DNA of 63,890 bases, filler included, from Reclinomonas americana ATCC 50394 (Eukaryota): assembly GCA_048213135.1 (NCBI GenBank). It is 9 parts of 2 records of this genome, joined end to end, with 100 filler letters (N's around TTAATTAATTAA, not from the genome) between each part and the next. Parts side by side here need not be neighbours in the genome. Positions count along the whole stretch, not along the records: positions 37,358 to 40,891 come from PS015505.1; positions 40,992 to 46,405 come from PS015505.1; positions 46,506 to 54,307 come from PS015505.1; 6 more parts are not named here. The stretch is one strand, 5' to 3'. The notes under the pieces were generated by a model. That model ran no database searches. It was not told where the DNA came from and saw nothing but the letters and a program-made list of their open reading frames with translations. Numbering within the stretch: the stretch's first letter is position 1; the number at the start of each line of letters is the position of its first letter. Positions 39,299 to 52,800 of this stretch are shown here, piece by piece. The position numbers and the translations under genes are program-made.

Positions 39299-40613
39299 TC
39301 ACCAGCGGCCGGTGCCCATGGTCTCCGCCAACGAGGCCTCTTCGTATTTTCTAATCAAGACGGCTGCGGAACAAAGTAAGAGTGCATTATGGAGGGAGAG
39401 GGGCAGCATGCAACGCACTTCGAGCAAGTCCATTCTCCAGTCGCCCGCGCAGATCCGACAGCGATTCACGTGCGCGCTGCAGCTCACGGCGAGCCCTGCA
39501 CCCGTCGTCAGAGAGAACACCGACAACACTTGCACAGGAGCAGCAACGACGACGACGACGCAACTGTGCCTTGGCGGCACGAGTCCAGAACATGCGTACA
39601 CAATTTAGCACGACCACGGCCTTGCGCTTGCACCGCACCCACAGTTCATGCATATCTCGCTGGTCGTCATCCAGCCACTCCACACCCGACTCCTCCGACT
39701 GTGCGTCCACCGCCTGCCGCGTGATATTGTGCTTGGCCATCCACGCATCCTCCAGCTCGCGCTCATATTGCTCCTGCACTCATCGTCAAGGCGGGCACAA
39801 CAACAAAGCAGCACGACATACACATTGCGTACGAACCGCAAGCTCGCGGTGTCGCTCATAGTCGGCCTCGTCGGGGTCAACGAGACCGCCCAAGTCCAAT
39901 ATCTCCAACGTCGAACGCTGTTGTGTGTGAATGGTGAGCTCATATTTCCGCAGAGAAACGCACTGGAGAATGAATGCTCCTCACCGATCGCGACTTGCTC
40001 AGCTTGTCCTCAATGCGCTTCTTCTCGAGGATTTGCCGCACCAAACGATCATTCCGTTGTCGCAAGATCTATTGTAAACCACTGTGAGAAACATGGAAAA
40101 ACCGACGAACAATTTGCTGCTGATGATAAAGGCAATAATGCGAGTCAGAGTGTGTCGCAGTCGGGTGACAGTTGGGAAATGTGTGAGACACGCGCGCAAG
40201 CAAGGCGCGGAAAGAGGCTCACTGCAGTGGGATACACGAGTGCAAGGGAGAGAGAGAGAGAGTGTGACACAAATAAAGTGTCACTTGCTCTCATATTCAC
40301 TCGCACACTCTCTCACACACACTCGCTCGCTCACACTCGCTCACACGCTCTGTGTGTGAGCACGCACAACAACAACACCAGCACACCCACGAGACATGAA
40401 GAAGAAGAACGCCACGGAAAACCGTCTCTCTTTCTCTCGGTCACTCACTCACTCTCTCTCTCTCTCACACACACCGCTCCCACCACACACCTTGGCAATG
40501 TTCTTCTTGCGCCGATCACACACCAACAGACCGTGCTTGAACTCCAGCGCGTTGGCCTGAAGCTGACGGAGAGCGGTCGAGCCGCCCTCCTCACCCACAC
40601 TCTCCTTTAACAT
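39299..40613 (-). CDS. Hypothetical coiled-coil protein, about 6 exons
   Basis: GT-AG splicing gives MLKESVGEE..NIAK/ILRQRNDRLVRQILEKKRIEDKLSKSRS/RSTLEILD..ELA/EQYERELEDAW..HELARRELQRARESL../TVLIRKYEEASLAETMGTGRW*. Confidence 0.55.
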
Positions 40614-40737
40614 AGTCGCACGTGCTCTCTCTCTCTCACACACACACACGCTCACACACACAGACACGAGAAGACGTATTGCTCCGCGCGATCACTACGA
40701 GTGGAGGCGATCGATCCACCCGGCCAACTAACACTCA

Positions 40738-40813
40738 ATGGAAACGCTCTCCGCCGAGGTTGAGCGCCTTCTGCTGGCAGTCGCCGAGTCGACCAGTGCT
40801 GAGGAGCGACAAG
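40738..40813 (+). CDS. First exon of a truncated gene (helical, METLSAEVERLLLAVAESTSAEERQ)
   Basis: ATG divergent from the 40613 gene, followed by a putative GC donor (AAG|GCATG), a (CA)n tract and then a linker. Confidence 0.4.
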
Positions 40814-40818
40814 GCATG

Positions 40819-40874
<56 letters not shown>

Positions 40875-41084
40875 CCTTCTCTCTCACACACNNNNNNNNN
40901 NNNNNNNNNNNNNNNNNNNNNNNNNNNNNNNNNNNTTAATTAATTAANNNNNNNNNNNNNNNNNNNNNNNNNNNNNNNNNNNNNNNNNNNNAGCGGCGGC
41001 TTGTGCGCGCGGCACTGCGGCGACTGGGATTTGCAGTCGACGACAAGTGATCATTTCACTCTTCTCCACACCACTGCGAGTGAC

Positions 41085-42486
41085 TCAGCGACGCTCGTCC
41101 GTGTCGGTCGCTCGTGAGCTGGCCCACGCTCTGGCGCGGTCCTCTTCGCTCATCGACCGCTCCACATCGGCGTCGCGCGGAGTGTTCAGTGGAGGCTGTG
41201 TGCGGCGACGACCGCGGTCAAAATCGTCAATGTCGGCGTCGGCGTCGCGGAACGAGGGCGGTCCATTGTTGCTGCTGCCCGATTGGAAGGGTGACGGTGC
41301 GCTGGCACTTGACAGTGGCAACAGGCGGAACAGGGTGCTGGCAATGGCGTTGATGGACGTGGAGAACTGGCGACAGGAAGTGGGGGGGAATGAATTGGAG
41401 AGGCAGCGACACGGCTTCTGTTTGCGTGCACGCACCTGATTGTGCACATCGCCGAGCCACTCGAGCTCGTCGAGTCGCCGATCGAGGAAGCCCCATGTCT
41501 CCTTGAATCCGGGACTCCGATCGCGCAGCATGTACACCTCGGTGGCGCCGTAGACACCGGCCAGTGCCGCGCGCTTCAGATACCATTTGTGCTGTGGATG
41601 TGAAGAGTGAGCGAGTGAGTGAGGCGGTGAGCAGCTATGCATCGGACGAAACATCAATCGACGTGTCGCCGCAGTGATGCCAGATCTCGTCGACGAGCAG
41701 CGCGCCCTGTCGCAGACTATCCGGCAGCATTGGTGGCGACGCAAGCAGTGCCATGGCCTGTACACATCTCAGCAACAGACACACCACTCGACAAGGAAGA
41801 CTAGGTGCGCCCGCACCTGCGGCCAGCTGGCCATAAACGGTTCGAGCATGAGCAGCCGCGTTCGAATGCACGACTTGAGGCGATCGCGCACCGGCAGGCT
41901 GCACACCACACACACCACCTCAGCGACCTGCGTGCGTGCTCTCAAGCAAAGAAGAAGAAGAAAGAAGATGACACAACGTGCGGAGATTGGTGTTCGCCAG
42001 CGTCCGCGACAGCTCCAGATTCGACGACTCCACCACGTACAGCGCCAACTCCGCCCCCGCACCTCGCGGGAACATGCCCAGTACCGCCGGCGACAAGTTC
42101 AACTGCGCGAGAGTCAGAGCAGACTGCGAGCAAAGCAGACAGAGAGGGAACGACGACGCAACATCGACAAGCGCCGCCTTGACACTCTGCTCCGACCACC
42201 CATACCGATGCACATGCCCCAGCGCCTTCTCCAGCACCTGCTCGCGACGGCCCTTCCCGCCAGCACCATCAGTAGCACTGCGAGACAGTGAGCAGCAAGC
42301 ACAAGCAGAGACAGAGACAGAGATCAAGTGCTGGTACCGATCGCCCTCGCCCATGGCCGCCGCCAGAGTCGATGTCGACTCGCTGGCGGCTGCTTCTGTA
42401 GCAGACGATGACGTCACAGAGTCGCCAGTGAAGAGTCGAGCGCGTGAGATAAGCCGAGGAAGGAGTGCACTGCGCAAGAGAAGCAT
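41085..42486 (-). CDS. COQ9: Ubiquinone biosynthesis protein COQ9, mitochondrial
   Basis: Transit-peptide-like start; REQVLEKALGHVHRYGWS, GMFPRG, RTRLLML, LVDEIWHHCGDTSID, WYLKRAALAGVYGATEVYMLRDRSPGFKETWGFLDRRL. Confidence 0.93.
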
Positions 42487-42555
42487 GATTGCGAAAAAAA
42501 ACAAGCGGAAATTTCTCACTCTCTTTTTTGTGTGTCATCCTTGTGTGAGGCGATA

Positions 42556-43430
42556 ATGGCGGCGGCAGCGGCAGGCGGAAAGACGGCGGCACCACTGCGG
42601 TGTGTGATCACAGAGAGAGAGTGTGTGGGTGTGACACGTGTGTGTGACATGGCCATGTGTGTGCACAGTGAGATCTCGCGCTTGGAGGTGGCCGAGCACT
42701 GGAAGGACGATGATTGCTGGTTGATCATTGAGGGCAAGGTGTGTGTCTCCCTGTGTGTGTCTCTCATGTGCACACACGCACGTGCGCTGACTTGCTGTTT
42801 GGCAGGTCTTCAACGTGACCAAGTTCCTGCCCGATCACCCCGGAGGCGCAGACATTCTGTTGCGTGCACAGTGAGAGAGTGTGTGCGTGTGTAAGAGTGA
42901 TTTGCTGATGATGCTCATGTGCACACGCGCAGGCTGGTGAGATACGCGTCGCATATCGGAGTTGATGCGCTGTTAGTTAGAGTCACTCACGCCTCCTTGT
43001 GTGTCTTGCGTGACACGCTCGCTGAGTGCAGGAGGAGGTACGCCTATCCTCCCTCTCTCTCCCTCTCACACACGTTGCTCGTGTTCTCATTTGACTAATG
43101 CAATGCAGGGCGGCGGCGATGCCACTGAGGGCTTCCTCAACGTGGCGCACAGCAGCAACGCGCGCACTCAGATGGAGTCGTTCCTCGTCGGCACCGCCAA
43201 GTCCGAGACCGAGGAGGAGAAGCAGCAGCGGCTAAAGATGGTCGCCGAGCGCAGTTCTGTTCATCGCTCTCTGCATGTCTCGTTTGTGAGTCGTTTGCTG
43301 AACCCATTGCCCCACAGGAAAGAAGCTGGCCGCCAACCGCCCCGGTGCCGGCAGTCCCGTGTGGCTCAAGCTGCTCGTGCCGCTGCTCATTGTCGTCTTT
43401 GCGCTGCTCACCCGCTTCATGGGCAAGTGA
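42556..43430 (+). CDS. CYB5: Cytochrome b5, tail-anchored; includes microexons 42933-42936 and 43032-43037
   Basis: EVAEHWKDDDCWLIIEGKVFNVTKFLPDHPGGADILLEEGGGDATEGFLNVAHSSNARTQMESFLVG; C-terminal TM WLKLLVPLLIVVFALL. Confidence 0.93.
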
Positions 43431-44361
43431 GCTCCTTCTTATAACACACTGTTTTATCTCGCTGGATGGGGTGCTGCTGCTGCTGCTGTTGCGACGAGCG
43501 ATGGGATAACCTCCCATTATTCGCCGCCGCCGCCGCACGTTCCCCTGTAGACTCTTTTCTCTCTTTTCTTTTTGCGCCCGCCTGCGCATCGCTCTGGTCA
43601 GTGGATGATTGACAACCATTGCTGGTTTTCCTCAAGCACACCATCCACACAATCGTTCACTCGTTTCCGCACACAAGAGGGAGAGGAGACAAAAATCCTC
43701 TTGGCGTGGCAGCGACACGGGGGGAAAACAGACGACGATAATCAAGTACAGCGCGCACGAGCGCGCGCGACAAAACAACACGTTAACAACAACNNNNNNN
43801 NNNNNNNNNNNNNNNNNNNNNNNNNNNNNNNNNNNNNNNNNNNNNNNNNNNNNNNNNNNNNNNNNNNNNNNNNNNNNNNNNNNNNNNNNNNNNNNNNNNN
43901 NNNNNNNNNNNNNNNNNNNNNNNNNNNNNNNNNNNNNNNNNNNNNNNNNNNNNNNNNNNNNNNNNNNNNNNNNNNNNNNNNNNNNNNNNNNNNNNNNNNN
44001 NNNNNNNNNNNNNNNNNNNNNNNNNNNNNNNNNNNNNNNNNNNNNNNNNNNNNNNNNNNNNNNNNNNNNNNNNNNNNNNNNNNNNNNNNNNNNNNNNNNN
44101 NNNNNNNNNNNNNNNNNNNNNNNNNNNNNNNNNNNNNNNNNNNNNNNNNNNNNNNNNNNNNNNNNNNNNNNNNNNNNNNNNNNNNNNNNNNNNNNNNNNN
44201 NNNNNNNNNNNNNNNNNNNNNNNNNNNNNNNNNNNNNNNNNNNNNNNNNNNNNNNNNNNNNNNNNNNNNNNNNNNNNNNNNNNNNNNNNNNNNNNNNAAA
44301 AGCACAACATAACGCCATGTGGCGTGACCAGAGAGCCATACTGCTGCCACTGCTGCTGCTG

Positions 44362-45055
44362 TTACCGATCCGTCTCCACCTCGTCCAGCGTGAGACCCCT
44401 CAAAAACTCGTGCCACCGCGCTGCAGCATGAACCCCACACTTGTCAGTACACACACACACACCAATGGACATGATGGAGAAGACAACAGACGAGACAAAC
44501 ACACCAGCATGCTCGGCCTTGACAATGTCGAGCGGTGTCCTTCCATCATTATCCTCCCAGCCGAGATCCGCACCCCTCTCCAACAACGCTCTTGCCGTCT
44601 CCAAGTGCCCGCCACCACACGCCCGGTGCAACGGCGTCTTTCCGTCGTTCTTTGGCGCATTCACCTCCGCCCCGTACTTGTCAATCAGCAACACGGCAAT
44701 TTCTGTGCGCCCATAAATGGAGCACCCATGCAGCGGCACTCCACCCGACGCCTGCGTGTGATGCACACTGTTGCCGAGCGCAATCAGCCGCTCCACCAGC
44801 TCGCTGTCGTTGTCGCGAATGGCGTAGAAGAGTGGAGTCTGATTGAAACTGCAAAGACCGAGGGATGTGTGTCAGTTGGCCATGATGAACCAAGACATGA
44901 ACAGAGAGAGAGAGAAGGAGGCACAGGTAGGTGTGTGTGTGTGTGCGTGTGCAGGCGTACCTGTCAAGCGCAGTGGGCGGAACGCCTCGATCCAACAACT
45001 CCCGCACTTGATCCGTGTTCCCAGCAATCGCACACTGCAGCAGCTCTGCTCGCAT
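44362..45055 (-). CDS. Ankyrin repeat protein (about 4 repeats; start adjacent to a gap)
   Basis: LLQCAIAGNTDQVRELLDRG, QTPLFYAI, GVPLHGCSIYG..GAEVNA, GKTPLHRACGGGHLETARALLERGAD, GRTPLDI. Confidence 0.88.
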
Positions 45056-46341
45056 GTGTGTGTAGTGAGAGAGAGAGAGAGAGNNNNNNNNNNNNNNNNN
45101 NNNNNNNNNNNNNNNNNNNNNNNNNNNNNNNNNNNNNNNNNNNNNNNNNNNNNNNNNNNNNNNNNNNNNNNNNNNNNNNNNNNNNNNNNNNNNNNNNNNN
45201 NNNNNNNNNNNNNNNNNNNNNNNNNNNNNNNNNNNNNNNNNNNNNNNNNNNNNNNNNNNNNNNNNNNNNNNNNNNNNNNNNNNNNNNNNNNNNNNNNNNN
45301 NNNNNNNNNNNNNNNNNNNNNNNNNNNNNNNNNNNNNNNNNNNNNNNNNNNNNNNNNNNNNNNNNNNNNNNNNNNNNNNNNNNNNNNNNNNNNNNNNNNN
45401 NNNNNNNNNNNNNNNNNNNNNNNNNNNNNNNNNNNNNNNNNNNNNNNNNNNNNNNNNNNNNNNNNNNNNNNNNNNNNNNNNNNNNNNNNNNNNNNNNNNN
45501 NNNNNNNNNNNNNNNNNNNNNNNNNNNNNNNNNNNNNNNNNNNNNNNNNNNNNNNNNNNNNNNNNNNNNNNNNNNNNNNNNNNNNNNNNNNNNNNNNNNN
45601 NNNNNNNNNNNNNNNNNNNNNNNNNNNNNNNNNNNNNNNNNNNNNNNNNNNNNNNNNNNNNNNNNNNNNNNNNNNNNNNNNNNNNNNNNNNNNNNNNNNN
45701 NNNNNNNNNNNNNNNNNNNNNNNNNNNNNNNNNNNNNNNNNNNNNNNNNNNNNNNNNNNNNNNNNNNNNNNNNNNNNNNNNNNNNNNNNTGAGAGAGAGA
45801 AAGGGAGAGAGAGATGGCAGGAACGTGCTGTGTTCTATTGCGTTTCGAGTGAGTGAGTGAGAGTGTGTGTGTGAAGGAAGGGGTTTGCCTGCTCTCGACA
45901 CACGCTGCTCTATGAGTGGACTGTGGACAATCGATTGGTGTCGGCGCGGAACAACTCCCGCCGCATGGGGTGGTTTTCGTTGTCTGTCGCCTGCAGTGTG
46001 GCATGCGTATGCGTGTGTGTATAGTAGTGCATGATGAGTGGAACGGCAAATGGAGTGCCATCTTCAGGAGGTAAGGGTCACGAATCATGAAGATTGATTG
46101 GAGCCGTCCACGCGCGCGCCACTTGCCTTGTGGTGTGGCCTTTGCGTTGTTGTCTGAGTGTGTCTCGCATTGACTGCAACTCGTTGTATGCATGTGCGTC
46201 CTTGCATGGCATCGGCAGTTGCACCATGAGCATCATGATTGGCGTGCGCGTGCTCGTGCAGTTGTCATGAAGAAGCACACATAAAGCAACCTCTCACTCT
46301 CTCTCTCTCTCTCACACACACACATACACACACGTATTCAC

Positions 46342-46393
<52 letters not shown>

Positions 46394-46857
46394 ACTACTA
46401 CTACCNNNNNNNNNNNNNNNNNNNNNNNNNNNNNNNNNNNNNNNNNNNNTTAATTAATTAANNNNNNNNNNNNNNNNNNNNNNNNNNNNNNNNNNNNNNN
46501 NNNNNACACACTAAAGACAACCTACCTCACTCTCTCTCTCTCTCTCACACACACACATACACACACGTATTCTACACAAACTACTCTCTCTCTCTCTCTC
46601 TCTCTCTCGCTCACTCTCACTATCAATCATCACCGAAGATGGTCGCACACAATCCACAATTCATCATCCCGTCATCATGCACTTTGCAAACTGTAATACC
46701 ACGGACTTGGACACCCTTTCTCAACACCTCCCCAGTCCTTTCCGCCCCGAGAAACACGATGCGAATCCACGATCTAATTCATCGTTCTCGACGTCGAAAC
46801 GGTCACCATTCGCGCGCAAAAAATCTCACATTTTCTTTGTGTTTTTCTGAGAGGAGA

Positions 46858-49800
46858 TGACAAGCCGCAGTGGAGGCGCCGCTGCAGCAGCAGCAGAGCA
46901 ACAGTGGGAACAGTGGGAGCTGGGAACGCGGCGCAGGCCAGCACCAGCACCGACGGCCTCGCCCGACGACGACACCGCTGGCGAGCAAGGGAGCATGGAG
47001 ACGCCGCGTTGGGCGCAGCCGTTCACGCGCATCGTGATGGACAGCACCGACGGCGAGGAGAGTGGTATGGCGCCGACTCTGTTGGCCGGCGGTGCCGCGC
47101 TGGCCATTGGTGTGTCGGCTGTGGGCGTCGCCTTTTCGAGACAACTCTTTCGCATGTTCTCGCCCGCGTCGTCTTCGTCGACCACCACCACCACCACAAG
47201 GACGTCGTCGGTGGCGGTGACGACTGGCACCTACGGCATCCATCGCCAGCAGAGCGCCGTCGACGACAGTGAGAGCGGTAGCAGCGAGGAAGAGGAGGAG
47301 GACGAGGAGGAGGAGGAGGAGGAGACTAGCGTGCCGGTGATTGTCAGCACGGATGGTGAGTGTCTGCGTGCTCGTGACATGCCCGTGTGTGACCCCCACA
47401 TGCTCATTTTCATTCTCACGCCACGCAGGATCGCCGGTCGCCGGCATGCACATGACCGACATCATGGCCGCGTGTGGCAGCGGGCTCGGTCGCTGGCCGG
47501 AGGAGTCGGGCGACGATGAGGACGATCCAGTCGAGGTCGTCACCGCCGGCCTGGAGGGCGACCAAGACGTCACGGTCGACTTGGTCTACCTGGACGACGA
47601 CGAGGAGAATCGCGGCGAGGTGGAGGTCGTCGTTGTTGTCGATGATGACGACGAAGAAGAAGAGGAGGAGGAGGAAGACGCCAGTGCCGAGCTGAATCGC
47701 AGCATGGTGATGGAGTCGGCCTCCAATGCCGAATTCACTCAGCGCGACGAGGTGTCGACGCTGCACGAGAGTGTCGACAACAGCGGCAGTGTGGGCAATG
47801 TCGACGACGACGACGATGACGACGAAGACGACGAAGACGAAGCAGACGAGGGAGAAAGCAATGATGACGACGACGATGCTGACGACGATGACGACGATGG
47901 AGGTGACAACGGAGGCGCGGCACTTGCGCAGCCGGTGCACCAGAAACCGTTCGCGAACACCAACGCGGTTCTGCTCGATGAGATCTCGTCGATTGGCAGT
48001 GAGGACGACAGGCCATCGGTGCCAGCCTCATGCGACCACATCAAGCCGCTTATCGCCATTGCCACCGCCGGCAACACCCTGTCAGTGTCGCCCAGTCTGG
48101 AGGAGGTCGATGCCGTCGAGGAGCAACTGGAGTCGTGGTTGGCCGAGGTTTGGCGGTCGACGGTTGCAATTCGTTTTCTTCTTTCACTGACTGTGCATCG
48201 ACAACAGATTACACCACCGGGCACACCTGCGTATGCATATGTCGACGGTTCAGACGACAGCAGCGAGCCGTCGCCGTTTGGTGTGGCTTCGCAGTCGGCG
48301 AGCGCCAGAAAGGTGCAAAGTGTCTGCCTGTTCATTTCACTTGTTGGTTTGCGAGCCCAGCTGACAGTGAATCGCAGGCGCGAGGCGATGTGGCGACACC
48401 CATTGTGTATCACGACTCGGGCAGCAAAAAGTACCAGCGTCTCGCCATGTCTGCTCCACGCACCCGCACATTCTCCACGCTCACTCTGAGCAGGTGCCGT
48501 TGCCGCTCGTCACACACTCTCTTCGTACTTCTCTGCTGACACTTCGTCTGTTGTGACAGCCCACCGACACCGCAAAAGCACGACGTGTACAACATTCCCG
48601 AGGCCTCTGCGTGGCACTTCCCGTCCTTCCGCGACCTGATCAGTGCGTCTACATATGCAATTGCTGGTCTCTCGACGGCGCTAATCCGTGTCGTCCAACA
48701 GCATCCACCATTGCCTCCATCCGTGAGACATGCGCGGCATCGCGCAAGGGTTGCGTGGTGGTCATTGAGGGTGCGCCGGGCAGCGGAAAGACGGCGATTG
48801 CCCAGGCGCTCGCCGAGCACATGCGCACCGACGGCGACTTCCGCGGATGCGGTCTGTTCCTCAACGTCCGCGGTGACACGCCGACCGAAGAGATGGCAGT
48901 TGTGTGCATGTGTGTCGCTCCCTTACAACCGGTGGACTCCCCCACTGACCTCTGTGCGCACGCGTGCAGCCGGCCGACGCGCTGCAAAAGCTGCTGGACG
49001 ACTTTGATGTTCCGATTGAAGAGCCCGACAATTTTGAGTGGCTGGCCCGCACGTTTACTGCACAGACATACACGTCGGACGCCAAACGCCGACACACTGT
49101 GGTGCTGGACAACGTGGCCACCTCCGATCTGGTGCTGCCGTTCTTGCCCAAGTTCCCGGCCGCCATGACTGTACAAAATGGTGACCCTGATCGCTTTTCC
49201 ACGGTGTCGCCATCGTTCTCAAGCTGACGCGAGTGTGTTTCTTTGCAGGTGTGGAGTTCTCGGGACCCTTGACCATTGTGACGACGCGTGTCAGTGGGCT
49301 GGCGGCACGCTTGCGTCTCACTGCGCCGTCCACGCCAGTGATTGGCGTCATTGTGCCGTCCATCAAGCGCACTGATGCCGAGGCCTTTGTGCACGACGTG
49401 CTGGTCCCTGGCGGATCGTTGCGTGTGTGATGCGAAAATCCACTTTGCATAAAAATCAGTCGCGCTGACTGACTGACTCTCTTGTCGCCGCAGAAAACAT
49501 GCCACGGCCGCCGAGGAGGTTCTGCTCAAGTGGGTGCGTGACCCAATGCACCCGCCGGTGCAGCCGTTCCAGCTGGCCGCCGTGGCTAAGTTGCTCGCCT
49601 CCGTATCCGTGGGCGACAGTATCCTCAGCCCGGGGAGCCCTCTGCGCAAGCTCACCATGTACCACGTGGAGCACGCGTGCACCGACGCATTGCAGCACCT
49701 GCTTGCCAAAACCATTGGCAGCCTCGACGAGATTGAGCGACGCGCGCTGGTGTGCGCTGTGGCCCTCGGTCCGTCGTTCTCCGTGAACGCGCTGGGCCAC

Positions 49801-52800
49801 TTTGTCTCCGGCACCTCGGATCCGCTGCCCAAGCGCAGCAAGTGCGTACCCAGTGTCGCAAAAAAATATCGCAACGAGACGCGTGATTGTTGACGTTGTT
49901 TATTGTCGTTGCAGAATCGGCAGCAACAGTCCATTGGTCGCCCGCGATAGTGACATGGATGCACTGTTGCGTCTGTGTCTTGCTGGTTTGAGTCGCTCGC
50001 CGTCTTGCTGCTGACACTACATTTGCGGGCTGCAGTGGTGCCGGATCATCGTCGTCCTCGTCGTCGTCGTCTGCGCACGCCTGGCAACAGAGGTAGGCAC
50101 ACTGCACGCGTGTGTGTGTGCAGTCCGCCGTGCTCGTGTGTGGCTCACTGTCGTTGTTGCACAGTGCGCCGACGCAGACATCGGCGACATCACCAAACGA
50201 CCGATCGGCGGTCGACGAAGCCTTGTCGCGCACAGAGAGGTACAGCCAGCATTTGTGGTTCTTGACTTTACATGGCGCTGACTCTTGTGTGCTCCTTGTG
50301 CAACACAGCGCATGTGGCGACTCGGCACCCACTCGAGCACGCGAGGTGCCGCACTTGCCGATTGGCTCCAGCTCCATCAGTTCGCCCGCCGCGCAGTGTG
50401 TGGTCGACGCTGTCGAATCGTTGCTGCACTGGGGCATTCTGACGGAGAGTAGGGTGGCTGCACCAACGGCCGAGGCCGCCGTCGCCAGTGACAGCAGCAG
50501 CAGCAGCAAGTCGGACACGCCGACCTGTTTGTTCGAGGCCACACGCCGCTACGGCGCACAGTCGCGTGGCAGCAATGGCGCCAGCAGGTCTGCCGGTGAG
50601 GCGAAGCGCCCCGTCAACTACAGTGCAGTGGACGAGAGCGTGGAGCCGCGCGTGGGCGAGACAACAACGGAGGATGCGGAGGAGGGTGGCGATTTTGAAA
50701 GCACGGGTGTTGAGTTGGAGACGAATCCGCTGTTTGCGCAGTTTGTGGCCAGCGAGTGGGCCTCGACCTTGCGACGTGTCTCCAAGCGCGTTTGCCTGGA
50801 GCAGGTCGAGTGGGTGTACGAGTGGTGCCTGCGGCGGGACGACCAGGATCTGCAGCAGCGCCGCGCACTCACCGCTTCGCTGGACCACTTGTGGCAGGCA
50901 CTCTCTACCTTCTCGTTCGCCGATCTGCCTGAGAGGACATGGGTGTTGGCCATGTGGTGCTTCTGCCGTGTGACGGGCGACCCGCTCACGCCACCGCACC
51001 GACGACTGGCCGAAAGCTTTTGCAAGGTGAGCGACGATGTGCGTCGTCTCTTCAGTTGACTCTTTCGCCTCAATCCACACCTGCTTCTGTGCAACAGATG
51101 TGTCAGTGTGCGCTCCCGACGGTGCAGCTCGGTGTGGCGGCCGAGGCTGGCCGGCCGGCGGCGGGTGGAGAGAGCTCACGATGGGGCCTGCTGCGCCAGT
51201 GGGCTGGTCTTTCTCGCCTTCTCGGACGCGTCGAGGAGGCTGCCAAGCTGCTGCGCATCTGCTGCCGTTGGGTGCGACCGCTCGACAGCACTGCATGGGC
51301 CGCCACGCAATCCGATCTGGCACTGACACTGTGCGAGTTGAATCAACCGGCCGAGGCTGAGGTCTGTAGTATGCAAGGCTGTGTGTCGCGCAGTGGACTG
51401 ATGCATGCCGTGACTTGCACAGACTCTGTACCGCGAGGTTCTCCAACACCAGGAGCGCCATGCGCTGCTGCCGGAGGCTTTGACGACGCGCGCCGCCATT
51501 GGCACAGCACTGCGAGTGCAAGGCCGACGGGAGGAGGCGGTGAGCGAGTACAAGGCGTGTCTGGGCGAGTGGTCGACAGCGCTTGGCATGCCCAACAGCA
51601 CGGTGGCACTCCGAACGCGACACAGCCTCGCCGAGACCCTGCATGAGCTGGCGCGCTTCCCCGAGGCCGAGACCGAGCTGCGGGCGTGCTGTGAGGGTCG
51701 CCGTCGCGTTCTCGGACCGCTGCACCGCTCGACGCTGGCCACTCATCGCCGACTGGCCATGACGCTGCGCGCCATGGGCCGGCTCGGTGAGGCCACCAAG
51801 GAGCTGCGAACGTTGGCACACACGCAACAAAAGTCGTTAGGTGCCGAGAATCCCGACACGCTGTCTACGCTGGCTGATCTCGGTGAGTGTGGTCATTTGC
51901 AACGAAGGGGGGGAGTGCACCGAGGGTTGTGAGTGAGAAAGGGCAGAGATGGGGGATGGGAGGCGTGTGGCGTGGCTCTTTCTCTCTGTTGTGTGGGATT
52001 TCTTACTGGAGCTATGTTTGTGCCGTCAGTGTTTCTGGGTTTCGACTGACGGGAGAGGAGCGTGGAGGATGCAGAAGGAGAAGAGAGAGATGAGAAGGAG
52101 AGGGACAGTAGTGGGCCGGAGGTGGTTTAACTTGTACAGTTTGTGTGTGATGAGGAAAGTTGTTGTATTCTTGTTTGCAAAAGGGAAAATGTACCGTGAG
52201 TGGTTAATGATGACAACTCATCTCTGCCTGCGTGTGTGCATGCACAGCCGTGTTGATGGCCGACCAGGGAGACTTGAACGGGGCCGAGAAATTGGAGCAG
52301 CGAGTCGTGGCGGCGCGCAGCAAGACACTCGGACCGAATCACCCCGACACCCTGGCCACCATGAGCAATCTGGGTGTGACACTGCGTGATTCTGGTCGCA
52401 TGGAGGAGGCGGAGAAGGTGCTGTGCACGGCGCTGGAGGGTCAGAAGCGTATTCATGGCGAGCACCACCCCGAGACCATTTGCACTGCTGTTGCGTGCTG
52501 CGTTTTTCTTTGTACTCTTTCGGAGGACGCTGACGGTGTTGCTCCACACATTCCCATGTGCAGCACCAACTGGCTGTGCTGATGCGCTACACTGACCGCG
52601 TGGGCGAAGCCGAGCGCCTCCTGCTCTGGTGCCTGAAAATGCAGGAAGAGACGCCCGAGGTCGACGAGCTCACCGTTCTCGCCGCGCAACACGACTACGC
52701 CGTCACACTGCGATACCGTCACGCCAACAAGGAGGCCGAGAAGATTCTGCGTTTTGTGCTCAACGCACGCCAGCAGTTGGTGAGAGCATCCGTATGCGTT

